Source: Botryllus schlosseri (lineage: Eukaryota). From it: a stretch of 64,000 bases of DNA. The translations under genes were made by a program, and so were the position numbers. The notes under the pieces were generated by a model. It did not search any database. It had not been told where the DNA came from and saw only the letters and a list, made by a program, of their open reading frames with translations. Below are positions 23,795 to 35,252 of the stretch, one piece after another (positions within the stretch are counted from its first letter, which is position 1; every line of letters starts with the position of its first letter). Location: NCBI GenBank assembly GCA_051294905.1, contig CM119377.1, positions 29,016,001 through 29,080,000 of the forward strand. Direction: 5' to 3'.

Positions 23795-26700
23795 ATGTCG
23801 ACAAGAACCCACGGTCGCTGACCTTGCTCTGTTGATCTGAAAGGTGATGGTTGATCTGAAAGATGATGTTGAGATAACACTTTCGGCAGTAATAGCTATT
23901 TTGGGAAAAATCGGTCACCCGAAAAAATACCGCAGCCAACTGGAAGCGGTTGGCCCGGAAACATTCGATATCACAATGGGTAATGAACAAGCTCGAAACG
24001 AGCTTTTAAACGAACAGAACACTGTTCACCTCACTGGAAAGAAGTACAGCATACCTGGCGCGACGCCGACGATTGTAAATCTCAGAGCTGTCCCGTCTGA
24101 GACTTCAGATGATTCTGTCAAGCAGGCCGTTGAAAGATGGAATCCTGGAAAGATGATTGGCATAAAAACGATGTATCGCAAAAACCTAAAACTACACAAT
24201 GGCTACAGAGCTGTAGCCATCGCAAACTACACCGAAAATAAACTGCCGCCTTTTATAAACATTGAAGGGGCAAACTGCAAGGTATTCACTCCGGCTTACG
24301 CTAGAGCGTCGAAGTCCATAACTTGCTATAAATGCAAGAAACGGGGACATTATGCGGCAGCATGTACCCTGATAAAATGCGACCAATCAATGTAACAAGG
24401 AAGGTCACCTTAGACAAAACCGCCCTGACCTAGAACAGCAAAATAAACAAGAAAAGGACAGTGATCTCCGTACCACTCTTAGTGAGTGCGGAAGAGGAAA
24501 CTGCTCGACACATACACAGTGGATCCTCAGTGGATGAAACTGACACAAGCGATACCTTAGTGGTTAACGAAATAAAGGAAAATAACAGCATCTATGTGAT
24601 GCAAGAATGAAAATGAGAATGAACTTGAGCACTCCTTAGCAGGAGACCTACAGATGTCCCCATCATAATCAGATTCTGAGAACGAAACAGATGGAACAAT
24701 TATAAATACGAACACAGATCTGGTCACTGATATCTCAAGAGTCAGAGATGGGATCGGACCGAGAGGAAGAATATGCAAAGGTTACAACCAGAAACAAGAA
24801 AAGGAAAACCCAAGAACTGAAACGATTAGGCACTAGTAAGATTGGTAATGAACAAACCACAAGTTTGCAATGTCGCTAAAAATCGTATCTCTCGACGCCA
24901 ACGGTCTTTCCAGAGGCTGGGATACCGTTACAGGAATGCCCAAGAAAAGAAATATAGATATTTATATTTTGTGTATTCAAGGAGTACACATTGTGTATTC
25001 AAGAAGTACACATTGTGTATTAAGAAGTACACATTGTGTATTCAAGAAGTACACAGACAAAAAAGATGCGATAAACAGCTGGTGTAACTTCAATCACTTT
25101 GATAATTGTCTGGATCAAAAAGATAGCTGGACTGACCTAGCTTGACTGACCGAACAGTAAAGTCTCCAAACTACTACCAAGGCACTATGCTTATCGTTAG
25201 ACAAGAGCTGAAATAGAGATACACAATATCACAGTAAAACACAGAAGTCAAAGAATAATACTGAAGAGAGACATGGATAAATTGGAAATATGGAACGTAT
25301 TCGCTCCTCCAATAACATCCAGAAAGCAGACAGATTTCTATAAATATCTTACATCGAGATTAAGAGCGAGAAACCCCAGCAGCGAAAATTTGGAAACGAC
25401 TCATCGAGTTACACAAATACCGTGATATATACCGGTGGAGAAATCCGAATAGGAGAACCTTTACAAAAATAACTTTACAACAAGAAAGGAGAATCGAGAA
25501 CATATATGCAACAAAAAGCATCGGACCATACTTTCTTGATGGAACTACAGATAGATATGGAACAAGACATACACTGATGGAACTACAGATAGATATGGAA
25601 CAAGACATACATAAGACAAAAGGCATATGGAAATGCAACACTTTAAAGCTAAACAACAGGGCGTTGAGAGATACTATAATAGCGACAATAGAAAATATGA
25701 ATCAAAATAACTACTCCCACATCACTATGTGGTGGGACGATCTCAAAGATGCACTCAAAAAGGAAATGAGAGCGCATGAGGTTAGAGAAAGCGCAGTACA
25801 ATCTATGCGTGAAAAAGAAATACTAGAAGAATTGCAAGAAAACAGCGATCAACACCACTTTTCTTATAAAATTAAACTATCCAACGAATTGAAAAGGATA
25901 GAGAAACAAAAAATCGACACAATCACAAATTTGGCAAAAATGAAGGACATAGAATTCGGGGGAAAATCCACCAAATTCTTCTTTGATAAACTGAAAAGAC
26001 TGGCACTTCAAAGCTTGAATAAAATTAAAAATAATCAAGGCATAATCATTTCTAACCCTATCCAAATCAAAAAACTAACACAAGACTTCTGCACCAAATT
26101 GTGGCAAAAACAGTAAAAAATAAATAGAAACCAACAAGACACATACCTTGGCGAATTAGAAAATGTATCAATAGGACAACAAGAAAAGGAGATTTTAGCA
26201 AGTGAAATAACTGAGAATGAAATTATAAACACGATTAAAAAGATGTCGAATGATAGAACCCCAGGTAGTGATGGACTCCCAAAGGAGTTCTACATTGCAT
26301 ACTGGGCTCACCTGACAGGTCCTTTGACAAAGATCTTTAATAACGCTTTGCTCCTTGGGAATACCTGCGACACCTTGAAAAGAGGGATTAATATACAAGA
26401 ATATACAAGAAGGGAGATTCGTCAGAGCTAAAAAATTGGAGGCCAATCACGTTATTAAACATGGACTATATAACTTTGACAGGAGTTATTGCAAATAGAT
26501 TGAAACATGTAATGACCAATTTGATTTCAAATACTCAAAAATGTGGCATCCATGATCGACAGATAACGGATGCAATGAGGAATATCAAAGCAGCAATTGA
26601 CCACGCTGTATACAAAACTCAAGATTTACTTATAATCTCGTATGACCAAGAGAAGGCCTTTGATAAGGTAAATATCACGGGTACCTATTCAGGATACTTG

Positions 26701-27329
26701 AAGCGTATGATGTCCCAATGTAAGACATCTACCGAGAGATTAAAAAACAAAAAGACATACCAACAGACGTACTACTAAAAGTGGAATTTGGACAAAACTA
26801 GAAAAGTAACAGAGATTAGAGGATGTAAAAGCTATATAACAAATGAGGAAAGAGTTATTAATGCAAGAGCGGCGTCAGGAGGGCACTTCCTCGGCGACGA
26901 CAGAAGAAGGTTGAACATCCTAAACATAGGATCACAACCAGTGGAATCTACAAAATGCAGATTCTGTGGAGACCAAAGAGATAATTTTGAGCACTTACTG
27001 ATCAATTGTAAACTTGCAAAGAGCCTGTATGGTAACTTTGCAGGAGTACTTAAATCAAAAATCATGAACAAGGACTCGGTTCTATATAATTATATTTTAG
27101 AAGGATCCGAAGACTGCACAATAATAAGTATAATAAAGAAAGAGATAATCAAAGAAAGATAGAACTAGATAAAAACAAAAAACGTTGGATTAACGTTAAT
27201 GAAGCAACTAAGGAAATAACACGAAAAATAGCAAAGAAGCTATTGAGAAGAATTAGTACTCTGAATAATCCAACGGATGACCAGGCCCTCAGAAATGAGC
27301 TCGCGTTTATTTATGAGGAAAATTTGTAA
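23795..27329 (+). pseudogene. LINE C: L1/Tx1 element with ORF1 and a decayed, internally deleted ORF2 (APE-RT-CCHC)
   Basis: ORF1 VNLRAVP...HNGYR...CYKCKKRGHYAAAC; ORF2 MSLKIVSLDANGL, PGSDGLPKEFY, DQEKAFDKV, CRFCGDQRDNFEHLLINC. Confidence 0.9.
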
Positions 27330-28260
27330 TATGTTATAGGAGAAGCAAAGTAGTAACCACACGAAGGCCGAGAGCAAGAGTGACAATCTTGACAAAATGG
27401 AAGCCAAAGTACCGGTAGCAAGAAAGGAGCTTTTTTGCTCCCAATCTTTATTCTTTCGCGATCCATCTCAGCGGGTCGATTTGACGAAAGGACATATATC
27501 AATTCAAATTTGGGCTTGAAAAATAAAAATATATAGATCTTAGGGCACTTCTTCGTTATTCCCCACACATCGAGGAATGTTCCCCATGAACATCACGGAT
27601 TAGTGTTCCCCATGAATATGTAAAAAATAATAGTGTTTCACGTGTAAAACAACCGTGTTCCCCATTCACACTTATTTTCTCTTATTTATGATCTCTCTCA
27701 ATCAATACGTCACAATCCGGCGTTTATCTTGCCGGCTTTTGGTTTCGAGCATCCAATGCACCTGTAAAAACAGTACAGCACCAAAACAAAAATACGGTGG
27801 TGCCGGATATATAGCATTGCGTTCTCGCACGAGTCATGGTATTGTGAACTGGACATGGGGGAGTTGCCTTGCGGTGAATTCGACGCATGAAACATCAATT
27901 CGATTCTTGGCAGTATCACGTTCTGGAGTCGGTTACAAAATTGCGTGTCTTGGGTTTATTTTGGTTTCCCCATACGTTGCTATTTTACAGTGTCTTTCAA
28001 ACATATCTCCGTGATGGCCGAATGCAAGGAAAGTGAATAAAACGGAGCAAGGGAAGGACATCAGACACCCGAATAAATCAGGATCAGACAATTTTACATC
28101 GGACTTGCTTGTTTCAGTATCGTCCTATCTGTTCATTGTGTCTCACTTTGTCTTGTGTATCGTGCCGCACATTGAAAGTATGAAACTAATAATATTAAAT
28201 TGAATTTGGCTCCTCCTCGCCAGCTGATCCGCATAAGCGGTGTCTTACGAAAGCGTAGAT

Positions 28261-30535
28261 CACTGGCGTAGCCAGCGAGGGGCGATCGCACCCCCCCCCC
28301 CAAAAAAAAAAAAAATTTGGAAAATTTTTCGTAAAATCAATAAATATGACATTATGTTAGGGCAGATGAATGCAACCTAAAAATTTTCTTCGCGCTTCGC
28401 GCGATTTAGTGTCCATGATCATAACTGTCTTGGTTTTATTATTGGTGTCCCGAAAATAATCTTCCGCAAATACCCACTATTGATTTTAGCTGCATTCTTA
28501 GTTATGAGAATACAACAGTACCAGTAGATAGACGAGAGTAACTCAAGGTCGTTGGGTTGATTGAGTTTAGGGTTCTCAGTTCAGTATGGGGATTGGGGAC
28601 TGTTAGCTCCGACAATTCCCGTTACGGGACACACGAAGACATATAAAGTAGGTTACATGCGACTCCGCAAAGTGCGCTCCCAAAATGATTGACGGCCATA
28701 AAACCGACGCATGTATTCCATATAGATTTTCGGGTACTTAAACGGCTGGCGCCTAATGATCCTGTCCCTGCAATCAGACTTCTCCGACATGAATGCGACT
28801 GGCACAGGAAAATATCGCCATCTCCCTTTAAAAAGTGCTAATTTGAAATCGCACGAGTCTGATCAAAAGAGTTTTTTTTTAAATTTGGTCTGGTATATAT
28901 ATCAGCAATTCCAATCTCTAAACTAGCATCAATCTTTGCCAGAGGTCACTAGATAACCGTGCTTCAACGAAGTAATTATTTGGAATGGAATCCACTTGCT
29001 CATATACAGATACACGCACCAATATTATTAATCAAATACTTTCATTTATTCAAAAACATGTACACTCCGCGCGACTAGGTCCGAAATGCACACTGCTTTT
29101 CAACTGGAAGCTTCCATTGCACACTGCTTTTCAACTGGAAGCTTCCATAGGGTATGTGTGTGCGTGCGTCTAAGAAGCGTCTGAATAAAGGGTAGTGATG
29201 AAATTGCCCATGGCAGGATGTGCGGTTCTGCGAGGTGTTCCCACGGGAGAGCTTCCCTAAACTCATAAAAATCTCTTGAGAGGTGACAGCTTTCTCCGCA
29301 AGTCATGAAGTAACAGCGATAAATGACAACTGTCCCGTCCAGCGTCCACCCTATACAATCTCAAAATCAGTGGTTCTCAACCTTTTTGTCGTCGCGGACC
29401 CTCTTTGCACCTTCACGTACCCCGGCGGACCTCCAGTTCTTATTTCAAATTTGCCTCTATTATCATGCAACCTTCATCTGTAGGCTAGTGATAAACAACA
29501 GCGAAATGACCTTTCTTGAAAATAACATCGACTTTTTATTATTTTAAAGCGAATTCTGTAGCTGCATTTCTTGAAATACAGGGCTAGGTCTTGAAAATCC
29601 ACGTCGTCGATTTGATATGAACGAGTGCCGAGAATCCATTTCCACAGATATAGGTGGTGGCGAAAGTAATAATAACACGTAACGCGTCCGACGACACATT
29701 TGGCTATGATGGCAACACACATGGATCAATATATATCCTCCAGCCTATTAGTCATTTTTATCTAGCAGCTTATCGTGAAGTCATTCTGGAATAGCGGTCG
29801 GTGTATTTCATAGGAGAAAATGGATCTCTGCGTACAATTATTTCCAAAACCCCAGCAAAACATCCCTAAACAGCAATGTGTTCGTATAAGTAGGCTATTG
29901 GCAATTAAAATGACTTTGCACGGTGGAATATTTCATCTCAGACGGCCATTCTCTGTTTATGTGAGTCCTGAACTTTCAGCAGTTATGAAGCGAAAGTGCT
30001 TCATCGTCTCTCTAATTTAAAACAAACCAAAAATAGTTTATTATTATTAGGTTATCAACCATTTTGCAAATTTGGAGTTTCGTGGATCTCTTGAAAAGGC
30101 TTTGCGGACCACCGGTTGAGAACCACTGCTCTACATAGTCTTGCCGAGTGTTATGAACATAGTACATAGTTCAAGTGTACTAGCCCTGAATGTTCGATGA
30201 CACCACTACTATCAGCTTTGCCGGTAAATCTGATAATGAAAACGTATTTGCAATATGCAAGTAAAAATATAATGAACAATTTTCATTCTTCAATAAAAAA
30301 ATTTTCGCGCTTTGCGCGAAAGTGCTGACGTCAGAGTTTTCTACAATCACACATCACTTTATATGAGCGGAATATATGCATAAAGATCGCCTCAGATGTT
30401 GTGTTAGTCATCCAATAAGGGCCCAAGACCATCGTTTGAGCCCATTTTTCTTTATCTTAAGGAGGGAGGGGCTCATTTACGTCATCGAATTTTTCGCTCC
30501 CCCCAAAAAAAATATTTTTTCTGGCTACGCCCTTG
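28261..30535. mobile_element. Non-autonomous hAT element
   Basis: TIRs CACTGGCGTAGCCAG / CTGGCTACGCCCTTG; imperfect TSD GCGTAGAT vs GCGTA(TA)GAT. Confidence 0.7.
29368..30128. mobile_element. Nested Charlie/Buster-type hAT MITE
   Basis: TIRs CAGTGGTTCTCAACC / GGTTGAGAACCACTG; 6/8 TSD CTCAAAAT vs CTCTACAT. Confidence 0.8.
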
Positions 30536-31664
30536 GCGTATAGATATGGGGCGTGCTACCAGTCTTGCATAGGGAATGATAATCTAGATTGTAATATATC
30601 AGCTTGGTGCCAACAACGATCAACTGAGCCTGCGGTGTTGGTATCAGTAGTTGCAGGAATAGAATGATATATCCTAAACTGATTTCCCAACTTATCAGTC
30701 CTATCTGGGACAACAAATCTAATCGCCGAGACCAACCCTGTAGCCATAGCCTTATAATATAATGGTGTATGTAACCACATTAGCTACGATTGTCAGTTGT
30801 TTCTTGTATCGAATTATATGTTCTGAAGTAGTACTCGGGGTGACCGAGTTCCGTTTGACCTACCCCTGGCTCGCTCACAAGGTTGCATCAGGTCAAATCG
30901 CAACGAGAATGATGTCACAGTGATATTCAGTTCCACATCTGCATTGGCTGCTGGGGTTTGGAACCTAATCAATTTTGTCAATGGCCTGCGTGAGTTATGG
31001 GCTCTGTGACAAATGATTTACGTTTTAGGGGGTGTAAAATAAATTTGGATCGACATATACATTTTTCTATATCACCTTCCAGACTAACTGGCAATAATTT
31101 TTGGTGTGAAGTATAGGGCTTGTATCAGGGTATATAATGACACATATTTTTCGAATCAATACCATCCTCGAGTGGACAATTTTCGATTCAATTACAATAT
31201 TTATAGGGTGGGGGACCAATATAGTACCGTAGCCTAAATCAAGTAAAATAGTTGGACCAACTCCTACCTAACAACGGAAACACGCTTACATATATAGAGG
31301 CAGTTAATCATAGTTATCTGCGGTGTTTTAGCGCGATTGCACGGTATTTGAAATTCAAAATATCGATTTCCGGGAAATATAATGTGGCAGCGATTTTGTA
31401 AGTTTCGACGGAAATCTAAACGTGATTTTATCGCGACATCGAAACATTCTTCTTTGGCTTGCTGTAGCTTTAGATTATTATAATACACAAAACAAGTTGA
31501 AAAATGTGAGTTTTGAGCGTATATCTCATAGGGCCCGTGGTCGTGTGCCATTGGACCCACCGGGTGGGGACCGATGATAAGTTCGAGCAACAAATTTTAA
31601 ACGTTTATAAATATTTTTTGAAAAGGAGGATTCCATGTAAATGTCCGCGATAGGTAGAACTTGT

Positions 31665-31994
31665 TGTGACGGTATGGTTAATTGAGGTATAATAGTCTCT
31701 GCAATTAGAACTCAGACGAGTAGTTGTCCTGGCGTAGGCTGCACTCTGTCTGTACTTAACTGAGAGATAGAACGTCCTCTTCGACCACTGTCGTATCGTG
31801 AACTCTTCAGACGAATATATTGTTCAACACAGTCTATTTATTGTACGTAATTTCAGTAGGTTTAGCATGAATCTCCTCGAGATTGCTCTCGCACGAGTTT
31901 ATAAATGGTCGATATTATCGTAATAGGAAGTTACGTCACGTACGCATAAGGCGTGCAATACACTGTTGTGACACGCCCAAGACACACCGTTACA
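31665..31994 (-). repeat. 3' LTR of the gypsy element
   Basis: Identical to 37149-37478; TATAAA near 31900 and AATAAA near 31840 on the minus strand. Confidence 0.97.
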
Positions 31995-32006
31995 CCATCC
32001 CCCCTT
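31995..32006 (-). promoter_or_regulatory. Polypurine tract
   Basis: AAAGGGGGATGG directly before the 3' LTR. Confidence 0.85.
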
Positions 32007-32496
32007 TGAGGGAGCGGACATGCAATGAGCGGAAGTAATTAGAACGAAGGTGTCACAACAGTAATACAGTAGCCTAACAATACCACTTATTAACAAGTCC
32101 AGACGCTAAGACTACGAGAGAGATGAACAAGTTTTCTACAGCTTTTATAATATACAAGTTAGCCTATCAGATCACAATACAATCCAGCTTACTGAACAAG
32201 AAATAGTAACCCAACACTACGCAAAATCCAGATTAACACACTAGAATAGGTAGCCTACAACTAACTACATTAAGCCTAACACAAAAAAATTATACACAAT
32301 TTACATCTCAGTAGGCTCGCTCAAGTGCTACACACCAGCCAAGTCTGAGAGGCTATCCAACTTTAACAACAGTCCATGACCACTCTTATATACAATGTGG
32401 TCGTTACATACAACAATTGTACTTCGCAAGTACAATTTAGGTTGGGTAGAATCGACGTCTACCTCAACCAAAAACGCGTGTGCGGTGCTCCTCCGT

Positions 32497-35232
32497 TTAC
32501 TCACTCTTGGCTGGGCGGTTGCCTGAATTCATCGGCGAAACAGGTCTTACTATGGCCGGGGGTTTCTTCTTTGGGGGCGGCGATACTCGCGAAGCCGCTG
32601 TTGAATCGTGACGGGTCGGAACGGTATCTGGCATTCGCTCGTGTACCATTGAGGAAGGTACAATTTGATCCCCCTGGTTGACGTCCAGGGAGATTTGGGG
32701 CGACAGCTGTGCACCATCGGTCGGTTCGGTTACGGTTTCGTCATGTTGCAGAAGCGGCTGTTCGGTACCGATATCGACAGTATGGCATCTGGTGCTTGCA
32801 TCCGAGACATTCCCGTCATTCAGTTCCCCCGGCATATTTCCGTCCGTATCGATCGATCGCAATTCAATGTTCTGATCAGGGTGGACGCCACGTGTTTCAA
32901 CCGGAGCACCGCTTCCCGCGCTTTTCGAAACTCGCTGTCGCAACGTGTTCGCCGTTCCTGAAATAGACTTCAACACGGCAATACGTCTGTCATGAAAGGA
33001 CTTACGCATTACAGCACGTTTCGAACCAATTAATTTACAACTTAAATACAATCCCCAGATCATAGCGTTCATCAGACAAAAAAGGAAAATGTATTGGACA
33101 ATTGGGCTTGTTACACTAGCCAAAATGTACAAGATGCTGCCCCTAAAAGCTTCATAAACAATTTTAACAGGGAGTGAAGGATCGACATCGACGTGATCGC
33201 CGATTGTACTACGATTAGCTAAGTTGGAGGCTGATAATTCACGCAATTTTTGAACTAACAACATGCTATGGGACATATGAGCCAACACGCTGTCATAATC
33301 CGTACCAAGTGAAGGGTCTATTTTACTGAAAATATCTAAAAACGTTTCAGTCAGATTCACTGGATGTGTCGATTCTATAACAGTATCTAAACCGTCATGC
33401 ATTGAGAATTTTAACTCAGTAACCGACGCGTTCCGCGAAATTAATAAGCCATTTTGAAATTTGAAAAAACATGGATGATAGTCCAATATGACGCAGCGGT
33501 ATCTATTTTGACGTGCCAGTTTCAAATCACACGTGCTCGAAGTTAGTGTCTGGAATAGCGACTTCGAATCCACAAAAAGATCAAACTCCCGTCCGCGCAG
33601 GAACGTATTGAAATGCACCACGCCATTTTTACATGCCAGTAATTCCTTGTCAAAAATGTCATAAAACTTCTGATTCGCTCGAAAGGCTTTGGAGAAGAAG
33701 CCCAGTGGTACAAGCTTACCGTCAGGTTCATATTGATGCAATGCGGCCGCCATGGCCGTCAGCGAAGCGTCAGTGTATAACGCTAACCTTGCATTTTTAT
33801 TCGGGTGTGCCAGCGCGGTCGTCTCGGCAAGCAGCGCTTTGATGGTCTGGAAGCTGGTCTCCGATGCTGTCGTCCATTTTAACCGCTCGTCCTTCTTTGT
33901 GCAAGAAGATATCAGGTCATACATAGGTTGTGCTGCTTCGGCAAACCTAGGAATTAAACGATGGTAAAATGCTGCCATTCCGCAAAAGCGTCTCAGCCCT
34001 TTCAACCGCTCTGGGCGAGCAAAGTCCCTGATTGCCGCAGATTTGTCATTAGTCGGCAATATACCTTCAGGTGTCACCAAATGGCCCAAGAATTCCACTG
34101 AACTCAGGCCAAATTGACATTTTTTTGCATTGATAGGAATGCCTACCCGTTCCATAATTGAGAAAACTTCAGTCAATGTGTCAAGATGATGGTCCCAATC
34201 GCAAGATCCTACGAGTATGTCGTCCAGGAACACGAAAGTATCCTTCACATCATGGAATAACTGTCTCAAACAAAAGCTAAAGAAATTAGGACTACAACTG
34301 GTCCCCATCGACATGCGTTTAGGGGCATATACGGCAGAATCTACCGCAAAAGCAGCAATCTCTGATGCCCTGTCGCTCATTTTAATAATATAGTAACCGT
34401 CCTTGATGTCAATAGCCGAAAATATGGAACAGCCGTACAACTCATTCGTAAAATCGCGGAGATAACTGATAGGATATGCAGTCTTCACTGTCCATTCATT
34501 AATCGCACGATAATCAAAGCATATACGACACTCTGCCTTATTTTTCTTGGCCACAATGTGCGCTGGGCTAGAATAAGGCGATGTACTTTCGACAATCCAA
34601 CCGCGATCTAGCCAAAGTTTCAGTTTTTCTTTTACTTGATCGCGATAGTGGTGCGGTATTTTGCGTTCAGGCAATTTGATAATTGGCGCCCCCGGTTTGA
34701 GGCAAATGTCAAATTCATATCCTTCTAGCGGCGGACGATTCAAGTCAGTATCAAAAAGGACCTGATAACGTGTCAACAGCGCGGTGAGCTTCTCATTCGC
34801 ACATTCAGTGGTCAGGTTAGTAACCAACCCAGCCGCCCTACTGCTCGACGTAGCCGTTAAGGTTATGTTACGTTCCTCGTCAGAAATGGTCTGATTTTTC
34901 ATGTCAATAACCCATCCAAAATGTTTGATAAAATCAGCTCCTATGATGTCATACGGAACCTCAGCTTTCTCAAACGGAAAGGTATACGTGAAGTCAGAAC
35001 CAAAAGTCAATGAAAGGTCTTCTGTGCCAAAGCCGAATAACCTAGTATTGTTGGGACATCTGAAGGCGACCGTAGGCTTAACAGACGCGCTATCCATCAT
35101 TTTCTTAAAGCAGCGTTCGCTGCCCGAATCCACCAACAACACACATTTAGTAAGCAAATCGCACAAAAACAAAAGATTCGATCCAGTGAATGAAGGGGGG
35201 TTTTCAAGCTTTACTTCATTTATTACAGGCAT
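32497..35232 (-). CDS. pol: Pol: aspartic protease, reverse transcriptase and RNase H, fused in frame to an env-like transmembrane C-terminus; no integrase
   Basis: LVDSGS (PR); FDYRAIN, DIKDGY, VFLDDILV, VEFLGH (RT); LYTDAS...DKELLA...FVDSK (RH); no HHCC or DD35E; hydrophobic span at about aa 699-735. Confidence 0.92.
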   Translation of the reverse strand: MPVINEVKLENPPSFTGSNLLFLCDLLTKCVLLVDSGSERCFKKMMDSASVKPTVAFRCPNNTRLFGFGTEDLSLTFGSDFTYTFPFEKAEVPYDIIGADFIKHFGWVIDMKNQTISDEERNITLTATSSSRAAGLVTNLTTECANEKLTALLTRYQVLFDTDLNRPPLEGYEFDICLKPGAPIIKLPERKIPHHYRDQVKEKLKLWLDRGWIVESTSPYSSPAHIVAKKNKAECRICFDYRAINEWTVKTAYPISYLRDFTNELYGCSIFSAIDIKDGYYIIKMSDRASEIAAFAVDSAVYAPKRMSMGTSCSPNFFSFCLRQLFHDVKDTFVFLDDILVGSCDWDHHLDTLTEVFSIMERVGIPINAKKCQFGLSSVEFLGHLVTPEGILPTNDKSAAIRDFARPERLKGLRRFCGMAAFYHRLIPRFAEAAQPMYDLISSCTKKDERLKWTTASETSFQTIKALLAETTALAHPNKNARLALYTDASLTAMAAALHQYEPDGKLVPLGFFSKAFRANQKFYDIFDKELLACKNGVVHFNTFLRGREFDLFVDSKSLFQTLTSSTCDLKLARQNRYRCVILDYHPCFFKFQNGLLISRNASVTELKFSMHDGLDTVIESTHPVNLTETFLDIFSKIDPSLGTDYDSVLAHMSHSMLLVQKLRELSASNLANRSTIGDHVDVDPSLPVKIVYEAFRGSILYILASVTSPIVQYIFLFCLMNAMIWGLYLSCKLIGSKRAVMRKSFHDRRIAVLKSISGTANTLRQRVSKSAGSGAPVETRGVHPDQNIELRSIDTDGNMPGELNDGNVSDASTRCHTVDIGTEQPLLQHDETVTEPTDGAQLSPQISLDVNQGDQIVPSSMVHERMPDTVPTRHDSTAASRVSPPPKKKPPAIVRPVSPMNSGNRPAKSE

Positions 35233-35252
35233 ATTTTCAAGCTCGTCAACCC

